A DNA stretch of 64,000 nt from Iphione sp. A-MEVVRFRX5 (GCA_976226885.1 OZ320313.1:23250001-23314000); one strand, 5' to 3'. Positions 37,101 to 50,561 are shown, counted from the first letter of the stretch. Notes: generated from the sequence alone by a model not told the origin. Numbers and translations: made by a program.

Positions 37101-40100
37101 ACTGTTGCCCGCGAGGATCTCACAGCAAGGAATACGTTTGAAAGAAGGAAATGTTTCCACGCTTTATGGTAGGCCTACTCAATTTCCGCTTAAATAATCC
37201 AGTGCAACAATGGCGGCACAACCAGCGTTTGAAAGATGATAGCATAAAAGAGAGACCTTTAAGTCTACCTAATACCTCTTTAATTATTTGGCAGCACTTA
37301 TTGCAGGAAGGATTCAGTCACGTCTTCCTTTTTGATATATTTACATATATTTATATACATGTATATATATGCAGATGTGTGATTCATACATGGCATAAAG
37401 AAAATCCAAAAAAATCCTCTGATGACAATCGTCCAAATTAAATGTTTTAGTAACGGCGACCTGCGTGCCTGCTTTCCTTATATTACAACCGTAACAACCA
37501 AAGGAATGTTTCGCCCAATTTCGTGCCTATAAATAATACCATTTCTTTAATACGTAATATAGGGCCTGCCTTGTTCCAAGGCTTTTGCGTTTAATGATTA
37601 CACACTACGCAGCTGATGGCGAATGCTACAGTTATGAGTGTTTGAAATTTGCCGTCGCTACCTTCGTAAATATAGAACAATTTGTCGAATTTGTTCGTTT
37701 ACCTGGTAGAACCAAATACTACAGATAGCTTTCTTCTAGGTCAAATAAGCCCGTATTTTGAATGACATTTCATTTCAATAATCTAAAAATACCCGCATTC
37801 TCTAGTGCTCGTGTACTTTAAACATATAAATACTATATAACCTATTCAAAATATCCTTCGACATTACTAGTCTTGCTTTCATTGACATTAACTGATGGGC
37901 AATAATCCCGGGGAAGGGCCCTCCTCTTGCAAATGAATTTCCCCTCCATTACCTATAACGTATATAATTTTAATTATCTACGTGCATGTATATGCAGGCA
38001 CATTGTGTTCTAGTTCAATGGAAGTCCTCTCACACCTGATGAGGCTATCGAATCTACCTGTCTCGTCCCCCACCTGTTCAACGTTGCACCTGTGTGAACT
38101 GGTCCCAACCCAGCCACCAGCCCCCCCCCCACTCCCACCTCAACCCCCAACCCCTGGAGGCAGAGAAAACCACCTGTCGTGTGAACGGCTCCTACATTTA
38201 GGTGATTCATGGTCTGAACTGCTGACTAGCAGCTTCTACGTGCACCGGACCGGTAGGCATGTCAATATGGCCACATTACAAAGACTGACCGCCAGCCTAG
38301 TGGTTCCATCGGCCACCACCAGGCACGCTGACTTCAGGTAAAAAGTCCTGACGTATTGTGCGTTCTACTTGAAAAACCACTTCTCTATACAATTGCGACC
38401 TTCACAAGGCCTACAGAAGATATAACGCTATCTTTTACATAGATTCTAAAAAGATGCGTATAGAAGAATTAGAACTAGAAGAACTCAATATTTAAATTTA
38501 AAAATCTTCAATACACACGAAGCAAATAGTTTAAACATTCTAGAACCTTCTGATCCACCTATATGCATGTAAACATCAGTGAGGGTGAACCGAATTGCCC
38601 TGAGAGCAAGTGGGCTCAGGTCACTATGCTACCTCAAATGTCTTACTGAATATGCCTGTAACCATCTCCTTTCATTTTTAAAATGTACATTTCTTAATGT
38701 GTGATCCTGTTCGCAGTGGTTTGAAAATGAGAGAAAGGCGTACCACGAATTAATGCGAAGAGTGAATGTAGGATAAAAGAGGCCTGATTACGATATAATA
38801 TATATATATATATTTTTGGAGGGGGTGTATATTTCTTGTAGTATAGGAGTGTAGCACCGTGGCAACATAAACTATATAATAGTGACACTAATCACTTTAG
38901 CAACATCAACGTGAGAATGGCTAATTGCAACCTGGGCAATAGTGCTTAAATTCACAGGAAAGTTGTGGCAAGAAACCCAATGCCTTGGGCTGATTAGTAC
39001 ATTAGAGAGAATGTATTTATATCCAAGACCGCCGAAGCTTTATAACTATGCTGGGCTGAAGTTGTCTGATTTATAGCAGGCCATAGCTCTCTTTTCTAAT
39101 CAGTAAAAACGTACAAATGGATTAAAGAAGCAGGTGGTTCTGTCTAGTAGATGGTAGACCTCCAGACACATAATTTTTTAAATACGGTTATATAGAGATA
39201 GCTTTCTCATAAATATGATAAGTGTTAAGTAATTGCTTTCTGCTTATAAAATGTGACCAGCTAACATCTTTTTCACTGTACATGTTGTTACCTTACATTG
39301 GGTGTGAGTTCCAACCTTCACTTCCAAGCCTTTTAATAGTCATATGAAAGAATGAACAAGGCCCAAGTTGGATTGAAGTATGGTGGATCCAGGCAGTGAA
39401 TCCAGAGAGTTTATTCAAACCTTATATACAGTATAACTTGACATGAAGTAATGTGTGACATCATGGCAACATTATCAAATGAAAGGAAATGTACGACTAA
39501 ATGACCTTGAAGTGCAGCAACAAAAACGGCATTAAAGTGTTTCAACCTGCCCCTGTCAATAACCAGGCCCAGGTTCCTCCTCTTCAGAAGAGGCGACTTG
39601 CTGACTTTGCAGCCTTAAAGAAAGCCTCTTTGATAATATCTCTCCCACGTACTTCAATACCCTACGAAGAAATGGTTGTCCATTATACGAAGCGTGCCAC
39701 GTGACCATTTCATCATGTCTGGTTCGATATTCCAGGAAACGTGACTGTGGATGTGGCACATATAAGCTCAATCTGACCACAGCTACAAGGTGAGACGCTT
39801 GATTAAGATATTGATTCGTCCTTACCTGCTACAAATCCTCATAATCCTATTACTTGACCATTGGCTGCACGCACTAGTAGGAAGTATCGATGGGAGGGGA
39901 TCACTTGAAAGAGGAGAGTAGAGAAGTATATTTCTACACTTTACACAAAACGGCATCCATATAGGGTAAATGGATGTTTCCACGGGATCATGTAGAAAGT
40001 TGAAAGAGAATATTACTTGGCGGATTTTCACAGAGAATTAGTTGATAACCATTTGATGTCATGATACATGCACGTGCCCCTTTCTTTGCGGAAGACTAGG

Positions 40101-40339
40101 TCTGAACTTCTATGCACAGGTGTCTCCATGTAGTGTGTTGTAGGTCCATGTAGCTACCATGGAAGTTGGCCCTGTGCTATTCACTGAAAAATACCATGAG
40201 AAGAGATGCATACAGAGCCTTAGGCTAGACCAATACTCCATTACAGCTGCTGGCGCCGGTACAGAGGATCACACCTCAACTCAAAGGATACATTAACAAG
40301 AGGTCCTTCATTGTTCCTTGGATGGGTATATTTGTCTTA

Positions 40340-41475
40340 GGACCAGTTTCCATATGTGAGTCAGTGTCTGTGAGGCTGCGTGAGGTGTCCAGGCGTATCA
40401 TTATGCGTTTTCTTTCATGCAGTCTCACACACTGGGGTGTCATTTGCCTGCTTTGAGGAGCACCAAAAACACTGACCTTGACTGAAAAATGTAAGACAAC
40501 TGCCAACTTTGATGAGAATAGTGATGACAACTGGCGAATGTGATGGGAATTGCAGCCAAAACCAGTGATTTTCCCTGGAAAAATTATCAAGACTGGCTAA
40601 TTTGATGAAAAAATAGCAAAAACTGGCAAATATGTGCAGAACTTGTGCTTTAACATGCTGTACATAATATGCTGTAATCATGTTACTTTACTTAAACATT
40701 ACCTCCTCCAAGGAAAATCTTCTGTTTACTAAATACATTAATGCATTTGTGCAAATTATTGGACAGTGCTCAGTAATGAACAAAACACACCAAATGCACC
40801 TACACACATTTATATAGAAGATACTATCCAATAAATGCAACCTGTTCAATAAAAATGCACCGTAACACACCCCAGTGCACATACGCCCAAATGCAGGTAA
40901 GGAAACGAGGCCTAAGTTTGAGGGATGGTGCTATTTCCAAGATCCTATTTGTGCACTTGCGTTACATGAAATTTACCAGCAATGGCTGAAAACAAACAAT
41001 GCAAGTGAAACACAAATGCAGTGCAAACACATATATGCACTAGGCCAAAAAAATAATAGGTGTGTTTCTGGTAACCCACCCCTACCTAGTAAAACCTCAC
41101 CCTACCTAAAAAATTTTTGGTCCCAAAGAGTTTCCAAGGCTGAATTTCTGTAGATATGTGTTTTCATGGCACATGTGTTTAGTAAATTTAGTAGAAAAAC
41201 AATAAAATCCATGGAAATTCACCAAAAGACTGTACAACTCAAACAGATTGGTCTTAATTCTTCTTAGTGTCTTTATTATTATTGAAATCCAGAGGAGGAA
41301 AGTGGGGAAAAAAATTTTTAAAAAAAGGTACCCACCATCCCTACCTAGGTTTTTGGCTGGTCGTGACCAGAAACACACCTATTTTGTTTTTTTTGCCTGA
41401 TAATTACCTGTTGGTAAAAATGCGACACATTGGTGACACAGCACAAGGCAGTAACGCACCTATGGAAACTGGCCC
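40340..41475. mobile_element. Composite or nested MITE cluster with GG(A/G)CC..TTTCCA termini
   Basis: TA|GGACCAGTTTCCATATGTG at 40338 and CACCTATGGAAACTGGCCC|TA at 41477. An additional end (atgcaggtaaggaaacgaggcc, 40891-40912) resembles the 16594 family terminus. Confidence 0.6.
41042..41398. mobile_element. MITE nested in the 40340-41475 cluster
   Basis: AGGCCAAAAAATAATAGGTGTGTTTCTGGT on the left versus reverse complement AGGCAAAAAAACAAAATAGGTGTGTTTCTGGT on the right. Repeated ccctaccta subterminal motif. Confidence 0.75.
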
Positions 41476-42481
41476 TACATGTGAGGGATGAGAAGGTTTA
41501 AGGAATGAATACTGCCAGTCTCATTTTCATTCTATGCCCTTCCCTCAGGCTTCTCACGGCAAATCAAACCCCCATCTTCGGTCTGCGGAGACCAAACAGG
41601 TCCAAACCACTTCAAGTTTCACTATCTTAAAGAAGATAAATACATAATTCGACTTCACAGTATGGGGGATGTCTTTGGAATACCGGGTACTTCCACCCAA
41701 TAAAGAATATCACATTCTGGAGGTGTGTTTAGCAGGCCATATAGGCAGGGAATATTTCATTCTGTAGTCTTAAATAGTCATGTTTGACTGGCCTTGTCTC
41801 CATCGTTTGCAAGACTTCTACATTACACAATACTCATGAAAATGATACAAATGAATCTTATGATAGGAAAGGGTGTGTTTTCTTTCATTTTGACATATGG
41901 GTGTTATATTGATGGGATGATCTTCAGTGTACCTCAGTCAGAGCTTCTATTCCAATCTCCTCCTCACACTAACAACACAGGAGATTGATATATTCCCAAA
42001 ATAGTACACAAGTACAACTGTATCTTCGTAATCGATAGAATGAGGAATCTACTGGCGTTATCAGAATTTCTGCTGCTCTTATCTACAGAGATCAGAGAAC
42101 ACTAGATTAGAACTTTCCGAACAATAATATAACATGAATCTTCATAGCGTTCCAGATCTAGGCAGGTATCACGTTTACAATATCATGCCTTTATCTAATG
42201 TTAGGTTTTTTTGGGTTGGGAAGTGAAAATGGATGTATTTATACCCTCATCTAGACCTACTGGGGAGAGGCTATACGTTGCCATCTGAATTTAATTGAAG
42301 TATACGTATCTAGGTGGAGGAGCAGCAGACGGAGAAAGTAGTCCCTATACATGTAATTATTATTAGAGAGAGAATCCTTTTAGATTGTAGGCCATGGCCA
42401 AGACTCCAGTGCATTAAGATGGTATCAACGAGAAAGAATTCCATCTTTTATCTTCACCTTTATTTACTAACACGTGTTCTA

Positions 42482-42664
42482 AGGCCTGGTTTCGATATCT
42501 GTGGTTGTCTGCGCCAATTAAAAAAACGCAAACACACACCTACATGGACATGCATTGCAAGGCATGTGCGAACACCGCACCATGAATTCACCACGCTCTA
42601 TCAGAATGCACAGTAATGTACCATCATGTACACAGATGCACCTGCAGAGATGGAAATCAGGCCT
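42482..42664. mobile_element. Short (183-bp) TA-flanked MITE with AGGCCT termini
   Basis: TA|AGGCCTGGTTTCGATATCTG ... CAGAGATGGAAATCAGGCCT|TA (20-bp TIR, 3 mismatches). Confidence 0.8.
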
Positions 42665-43382
42665 TATGCTAACATAACTTTCAGCAACGAGTGGAATTTC
42701 TTCCACTAAATAACACGTATGCTTATTACAAATTACGTTACTATTAACCTATCATCGGGCAACCAAATGGCGTCTGCAGCTAAGAAATGTAAATGAATTT
42801 TAGTGCCACTGACCATCAAAGATAGCCTTACTGTATATTTCCATGAGTGCTACTTGAATCCCAAGATAGTCGGAGGGATCATTTCACCCAAGAAAACAAA
42901 TTAATCCAATTCAAGCCAACGATGGTTAATATCTTTAAATCGCAGTGTTCGGTTAGTTGAACCCATCGTGTTCTCCCATGAAGCAGAGGAATTAAACTAT
43001 GATAGGCCTATCATTAGAAAAGTCTGATTATGCTTTATCAAGAAGCCACACCTGTTTGGTTATGGCGCAGCTGACGGAAGAATGGCATTCTGAGCTACAA
43101 TCGACACATTCTTGGAGGCTTTTACTAGACCTTATCAAATGGCCTTATCGTCAGATATCTCTGATATATGAACCTGTTTTTCTCACTCTGATGTCTGTCA
43201 CAGATGTTTGTAGAAACAGTGATCACTGATATCTGTGCATATAAATGAGTACATATGAAATGCAGGCTACAAAATACTTTATTCACAGATAAGGAAGCAT
43301 CGATATTCGTTTATCTATGAGTATTTGTAAGGCCTTGATGACGTAATTATGTCAGTAACCCATGAGGACACGTCTAGTATTT

Positions 43383-43644
43383 CAGGCCCGTAGCCAGGAG
43401 GCTTTGTGGGGGGTATCTGAAATTAATGAGGTGGACATCCTGGTTAGCGAGGTGGACCTCCTAGTCAGAGAGTTGAACCTCCTGGTTAGAGAAGTGGACC
43501 TCTTGACGAACCATCAACATAATGGCTCATATTTTTTTCACTATTCTTATTGGTATTTTACATGAATCTTTCTTTGGGTGGGACTCATGAGTCTTCTAGG
43601 GGGTATCGGACGATACCCCTAATACCCACTTGGCTACAGGCCTG
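43383..43644. mobile_element. MITE with CAGGCC.GTAGCCA termini and an internal 4 x 21-bp array
   Basis: CAGGCCCGTAGCCAGG ... CTTGGCTACAGGCCTG. Units gaggtggacctcctggttaga-like at 43428-43511. No matching 8-bp TSD visible. Confidence 0.7.
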
Positions 43645-46600
43645 TACTTAAATAGGATAATAAAGGATTCTTTATATTTTGATATCCAGTTGTTACAATG
43701 AGTCGAAGTCAAATACACACGACCGTCTCCATTAAAGTATTGTGTAGCGTAGGGAGCTATTAAATATGAATCTGCTCCCCAGCCCAGAAAAACTCTGTCG
43801 CACGGCTCTGTTACTGGCATGTTGGAATAGGCCTGACATCTGACGGCAATTTTTGGAACTTGCCGTACGGCAGGAGACTGAACTGGTAGGCCATCTGGCA
43901 ACGTTGTCTCTAACTAGCTAAAACTTCCATAATATATGAAGTAAGAGAGATAACATTTTGTATTTACGGAAACCTATTACATCTTGATCCTTCCCGAGGA
44001 AAAGAAAAGGGTATAATATATTGTAAAGAAAATGTGGAAAAACGGAGACGAGTACGTGTGCCAGGCATCATGTAAATAATTATCTTGCTGACGGCATTAA
44101 CCTTACGTCTTTGCCCTTTTGTTATATATAGGGGCTTAAAGATTTGTGTGGGAAGCAGTTACATTGAAATAAACCCCCGGCATTCGTAGGGCGTCTTGTG
44201 GTCGGCACGCTGTTCAAACGTTCAAAGAGCTAAAACAGTTAAATGATACCAGATATTCATTACTGACAATCAAAATATTCCTAATAATTAAATGTGGACC
44301 TGCTCATCCACCACACATAGTGAGGATAATGAGTATTGCAAACGTTTCCGATGGCCATTTAGACCAATCGGGGTCAACATTTTTATCAGTGTTACCAAAT
44401 GCATGTCTCCGGCCAATCAGCCTACATAGAACCTTATTTTCTTTTTTCAAAGTAGCAATATCTAACGAATCAGCTAGCAATACACTCAGTGAGCGTGCTA
44501 ATGAGCGCCACAATGTGTGACGGATCTACAGAATGTGGGTAGATCCACAGAATATGTTCAAAGACACATATTGAACTCACAGACACATGTTTACTCACTC
44601 ACTGGGTTACTAACTTGGATATCCCCAAAATGCAAATGTCTACAATCATACCATCACATATACATCAACCCCTTCACACAATGTCATTGTACAACATATT
44701 CCTGGAAAGCAACAGAAAACTAACAGAATGCATAAATTTATGCGAGTATGGAAATCAGTTCCCAGTTAGCAAATTCGCAGACTCTGTTAGTAATTACATG
44801 TATAAGGTTAAGGCCCCCCCCCCTCAACTCCTGGATTATGGGCTAAGCCACAGCCCTGGGTGTCAAAGGTCCTACTGGGGTGAAATGTTGTTGAAGCCCA
44901 TTTGTAGAGTGCTCTTTCGGGGGAGGAGGCTGGTGTGAGTGACTATCAAAGTTACAGCTGAAGCGATTGGACATGGAGCCATCGACTGGATAAGTGCCAT
45001 CACTGAAGCAAAGGCCACCTCAACGAAAAAAGAGGCCTTTCCGACAAATGAGTTAACGTCCACCCAGATATTCCAGCAATCTAAATTCTAAAATGAAACT
45101 GCATACATGTAGTTTCCTTTCCTCATATTACACAGCCTGTCTCAAGTGATACATTTTAGAGAACACTTTTGCATGGAAACCTTTCAGTTACTTGGAAGAT
45201 CGACTTAAACCACATTGCCCCCCTCCCCCTAGTCAAGGGCCTTTGTGTAGTATTCCTTTGTGCCGCAAGCAGTTCAACAGCTAACTGAACAGCATCTAAC
45301 TGAACAGCGCCGACGAGTGTCACATTTACAGGAAGATAGCCTCATAATCACCAACTTCTCTGACACAGACTGGTTAGGGAGAAGTTTCGCTGCTGTCTAC
45401 TCCAGTAGTCATGACAGTAGAGTGAGTAACACTTGTTTGTACGTGTGTGTGTACATACCCTGTCGAATCGGTCTCTTCCAGAAGCCACTCCTGGGTTAGT
45501 TAGGAGTGACTTCCCGGAATGCCAATGGGTGTTTTAGGATAGTCCATCGGTATCAAACCTATCAAACCAGATGAAATCTTAGAGCTAACCACCACAGTGA
45601 CTCATCGCTCTCTAATGTGTGGAGCCGTCAGCGAGTACTCATCAATGTTGGCTGTTGATATGTTATTAGACCAATTTATGGATATTTACTCATTAAATAC
45701 AGACAGGCTAAACCCCTCTGGTGATAGGAACGTACGGTATCCAATATTAATAGAATAATATTGAAAAACAGGAGAATGATATTCAAAATAGAACCAGTCA
45801 CTTAAACTGTTAGTTGTACAACTTCGTTGACGTTCAGTTCGCAATGTTTAGTTAACATTTTCCTACAGATATGGTATAAGTATTGTTAATTATGAAAAGG
45901 TAACGGTTGTAAACATTAACACGCTCTATGGATTTGGTTCCTGAAATTTTAGTTATGTACAACGATAAAAGGGATGACTTCTTTTTAAAAAGCCACGTTT
46001 GAACAGGGCTTGTAGAATGCTGATGATAATCATTATAGCAGAAATAGTCACATACCACATTTAAGAAAACATTACGAAGGAAAGACTGATTAACCGACTA
46101 GGATGTGGTATACTGAAAATAGCATTGAAATATGTGCGGTTGACTCCACAAGTCAAATGTTTGGCCATTACTATACATTCACTGTATGTCCATCTTGATG
46201 CGTCGTTTTTATGCACAATTGAGTTATCCATATGCTCCCCATGAATGAATTGACATGTTATCATCATTAAAAAATACTGCTACATACTTTCAGTATCTAG
46301 CATGTATTTTTCACATTTAAATAAATCTGTTAGAACATCACAATGAAATGAAATCTAATGAAACATCTAATGAAAAATCAATTGACATCATGTGCCTGAT
46401 GAGACCTATGCTCCCATAGCAACCAAAACAACAAATATAAAAGGGCAACAAGAAGGAATGCTGGCCACTCACTCGGTAGCACTCCAAGAGTAAGGACACT
46501 AGCGAACGTTTTTCCCGTGTTATCATCATTAATCTTGAGAGAATTATTTCTATTCTCTACTCCCTTTGATTGAAATGCTGACATTAAAAGCTGGTAATAC

Positions 46601-47348
46601 ATAAATACATAAGAAAATATCTTTAATATCATCAATTAAAAAGGTAAGAAAAGTAAGATAATGTCTATCTTTTCTACTAATGTAACTTATGAAGAGCTAA
46701 GCAATCAAATATCAATGAAATAAGAATTGTGAAATATGTTACTGAATATCAACACTTAGGTATTGGCAGTAAATTAAAATTTTACGTTGAGCTGAAAAGT
46801 GTTAAATATCACAAAAGCTATTTGTTTTGAATAAAGTAAAAACTAAGCTGAGACCAGTGGATTTGAGATTATACTGAGCATGTCTGAGGCATGGCTGCAC
46901 TTTAATTACTTAATGGTGTTCCTCGAATGTGATAATGAAAGAGATCATTGTAATTAATAAAAAATATGAAATAGGGTCGTCGCCATAATTTATTACAGTG
47001 AACGCTACTCAAATAAAAACCTGAGTGTCAATAATGAATATGTTAAAAATGTACATATTAAGCATAATTTAAGTCTTATTAGAGGGAATTATGCATTTGT
47101 AATGTGTTTTTTATAAAAAAAAATATTTCACATGAGTCTCCTAACACAAAAAAATCATGTAAAAGTAGAAAACACTGATAAATAACACCCATACCTAAAA
47201 CTGAGAAAATCTACTATCTATACTGGTCACAATTTGTGGAAGAACTTTGATATCTTACATAAAAATTTCGGTAGGATTGAGAAACTTACGTCATTTGCTG
47301 TCTATTAGAAGGTTTTCTTACTAGTAATCCTACTTATAGTTTCTTTTA

Positions 47349-47959
47349 TAGTCCAGTGCCTCCTTAGGGACATGTTTCTAATAGGGACACACCTCTAAAA
47401 GGGACAGTTTGGGCCAGACCCTAAATATTTCTGATATAATCATGTTTAAAGGAAATTCTCTAATAAGGACAGGCTATAGGGGTGGAGCACCTCCATAGGG
47501 ATAGCTCAGAGGTGCAACCTGGAGGGGTAAAGAGCTTGCAGAAGAACAGGAGACCAGTGGTGGGAGACATGGGCATAACCTGGAGGAGTACAGGGCTGCC
47601 AGGAGAACAATACCCAAAGGTGAGAGATATAAGCATGAACAAGAGGGATACAGGGCTGCCAGGAGGACAATAGCCATAGGTGTGAGGCATTAGCATGACC
47701 TGCAGGGGTAAGGAGCTGCCAGGAGGACATTACCCATAGGTGTGAGATAGAGGCATAGATCAGAGATAGGTGAGACAGGCATGAGGAATCTCCCCCCCCC
47801 CCTGTGTGTGCATTTGTGTATAAAATGTCCTCAGGCCCTATTCTACATGATAACTGGTACAGAGTGGCCTCAGGCCACAATGCCTCCAGTAGAGACACAC
47901 CTCTACTAGGGACAGGTTGATGAAGAACAGGGGGTGTCCCTATTAGAGGCACTCCACTG
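47349..47959. mobile_element. Tc1/mariner-pogo-like MITE remnant (TA|CAGT-type ends) enclosing a 60-bp minisatellite
   Basis: Left TATAGTCCAGTGCCTC versus right reverse complement TACAGTGGAGTGCCTC. Repeated gggacacacctcta subterminal motifs. A second left-like end near 47857. Confidence 0.55.
47510..47765 (-). repeat. 60-bp minisatellite, about 4 copies
   Basis: gctgccaggag(a/g)aca.ta.cca.aggtg.gag units at 47595, 47655 and 47715, with a degenerate unit at about 47534. Confidence 0.85.
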
Positions 47960-49993
47960 TATATAATAGCAGTGGTCTGTTGCTGTAAACTGTACCTTTT
48001 GTCATTATAATTTATTAGTTCTTATTACTGTTGATTGAAAAAGGTTAATGGACCTATGAGTTTGGTAGTACTATGTTAACGAACAATGTATCCACACAAT
48101 GAAAAATGTCTTAATGAGACGATTGTTGGAGCAATAAATTCATTTTTATGTTATCTTATCAAATATATTGTAAAGTGTACCAATAAAGTTGCTGTGAACA
48201 CCAAGGCTGCTGGTTTCAAAACTGTTTATTTCCTTCCAAAACCAGTGTTTATACACCCTTTCTCAGTGTTATTCAACCAATCAGAGGCACAACCAATCAG
48301 AGGCCCAGCCTCACTATCTGACCAATCAAAAGACAGTTCATCATTTGCAACAATTTATCATGTCAATAGAATATTCTCAGCCAATGAACACACATATTCT
48401 AGTAAAAGATAAAAAGTAACAAGTTATAGAACACTTTCCACCGATCAGGGAGCTCTCCCTATATAAGGAGATATGGGATGATCTCTCAGTAGGCAATCAT
48501 AACTTTATTACCAAATAAGGGTGACTTCCCACCAACTAACCACAACAAACCAATACAGCAATGGAAATTTCTATGAGGTCATCAAACTGTGCTTATTGAA
48601 CCCAAAGTGTATGTAGCAGTGACATTAGAGATTACATTTATTTACCCCAAGACTTGCACTCAATGACCCCTACTAGCAGTAGTGCTACTAAACCTAGGCT
48701 TCAGCCTACAATATGTTACTGCATGGTCAATTGTCAGAGCTTTTGCTTTGAGGAGATGTAAAAACCTCTCTATCCTCACTAGCTCGTATCCTATCTTTTC
48801 CTCACACACTATTTAATGTTCATATATCAAAACACTAGCTACAGAGATACCACTGACGTGGACAGATATGTCTTTCATTAGGCGAGGGAAGTAAATGAAA
48901 CAATTTATTACAGAAATCAAAATAAGCCAATTCCTGCTCGTGCCAGTTTTTCAATTGTACTAACTGCAGCAATTCATCTCTTAAAAACTGAAAATAATTC
49001 CAGAAAGGTGCACAGCACATCAAGCAAGACAGAATTCACTTCCCAATGGAAGCGATATGAACCCAATCAAACCACTGCGTTGCTATCATTGTATCTAATC
49101 TTACAATCCCAGGTTGAAAAAAACAGGTGACAGTCATCTTAAATGTTAACATAATCCACCGTGTTATACACCGTGCCAGGAGATGCAGAAACCGTTAAAG
49201 TTCTAGACTGGTCGGAGCAACTACTTGGGATTTATGTATTGTCTCCAATCCACACAACGTGTACTGCCTCTCTCCCGCTTTATTACCACCTCTTCGATGC
49301 ATCAACAACTGTTCAGAACTAAACGGCGTTGATACAGCCTATTATATAACATCACACGAGGACCGTTTCCAAGATTACCAGAACTATCTCCGGATAAAAC
49401 AAGTTCTGACCTAACATTATAAAAACCAATCGTTTTAAGAAAAGCCAAACAGTAAAACAGGGACGTCTGGGTGACAGTGGGTAGATAATCGCCAGTAGAA
49501 GATCGTAGCAAAATAATCCCCTACTGTGCCAGCTTGGACTAGTACCTTAAATTATCATAGATGGCAATTCTTCTGCAACCCTTGCCAAGGCTATTTCCAG
49601 AATAACGCGGACGTCTCGAATCCTGCCATGATGTATACTGGTAGCGCTGTGAGCTGAGCTATAAGGCCTGCAAACCTTTGGTTTTTTTCCTGACGAAATT
49701 ACCCCTCTTGATAGCTTTGTCTGATATAGCCCTTAATAGGGTAATCTCCCCCAGCTGTAATACTATCCTGCTCATATTAAGTATGTGAACTTCAGTGTCC
49801 AAGGAGATATGCTTTTCAGCCGGGTCAGTAATCCTTATCCATGATGTGTCAAGTCCATCTGTTTGAAATTTAATAAATCACATGATTATTCAATATTCCA
49901 AGAGAACTGGCATTTTAGGATTCAATAATAATAATAATAATTTTTTATAGGTTGATGAAGATATGAGGCACAATTAAAACCAAAACTGAACGT

Positions 49994-50561
49994 GTATTGA
50001 ATATTGAATATTGTTTATTGTCTATAAGTCATTGTTCAATCTACAAAGCTTATCGGCATGGAAGAACAAGAGGTAAGAGGTGTAATTGCAGTATTGCTAA
50101 GCACAAATACTGGCTGGTTGAAAATATTTTACATTCTCACAAGTGTTCTTTTTAGTTCTTTGTGACTAGGCAATATAACAAATTATAATCTATCACGTAG
50201 ATAATCACTTAACAGTGCTTTTGTTCGTTTATCTATACCTTGATTTTGTAGGATGGTTATGATTAGGTCTCTATTCAAAAGGTCAAAAGCCTTGCTCATT
50301 TCGAACCTGGCTATACCTACAAATCTGTTTGCATCAATTCCTCGTACAACATCATTAATTATTGAGGCTATGGCAGTAGTAGTACATTTTCCTGGTGTAA
50401 AGCCATGCTGACGCTCAGACCAGAATCCAATATTGTCAAGACTTTCATATAGCTTGTTACATAGCATCGTTTCGAAGACTTTACCTGCCAGGTTCACTCG
50501 TCATTCCACCTTTGAAAGTTGGAGTTATTCTTGCTATTTTCCAATCCGGTAGGTATCTTCC
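49994..50561 (-). mobile_element. Decayed non-LTR retrotransposon fragment: part of the reverse transcriptase plus a 3' tail
   Basis: GRYLPDWKIARITPTFKGG (50561 downward), then KVFETMLCNKLYESL...SERQHGFTPGKCTTTAI...FEMSKAFDLLNRDLII...LLSDYLRDR, which are canonical LINE RT motifs with NYRPIS missing. Tail aataaacaatattcaatattcaatac at 50020-49994. Confidence 0.85.
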
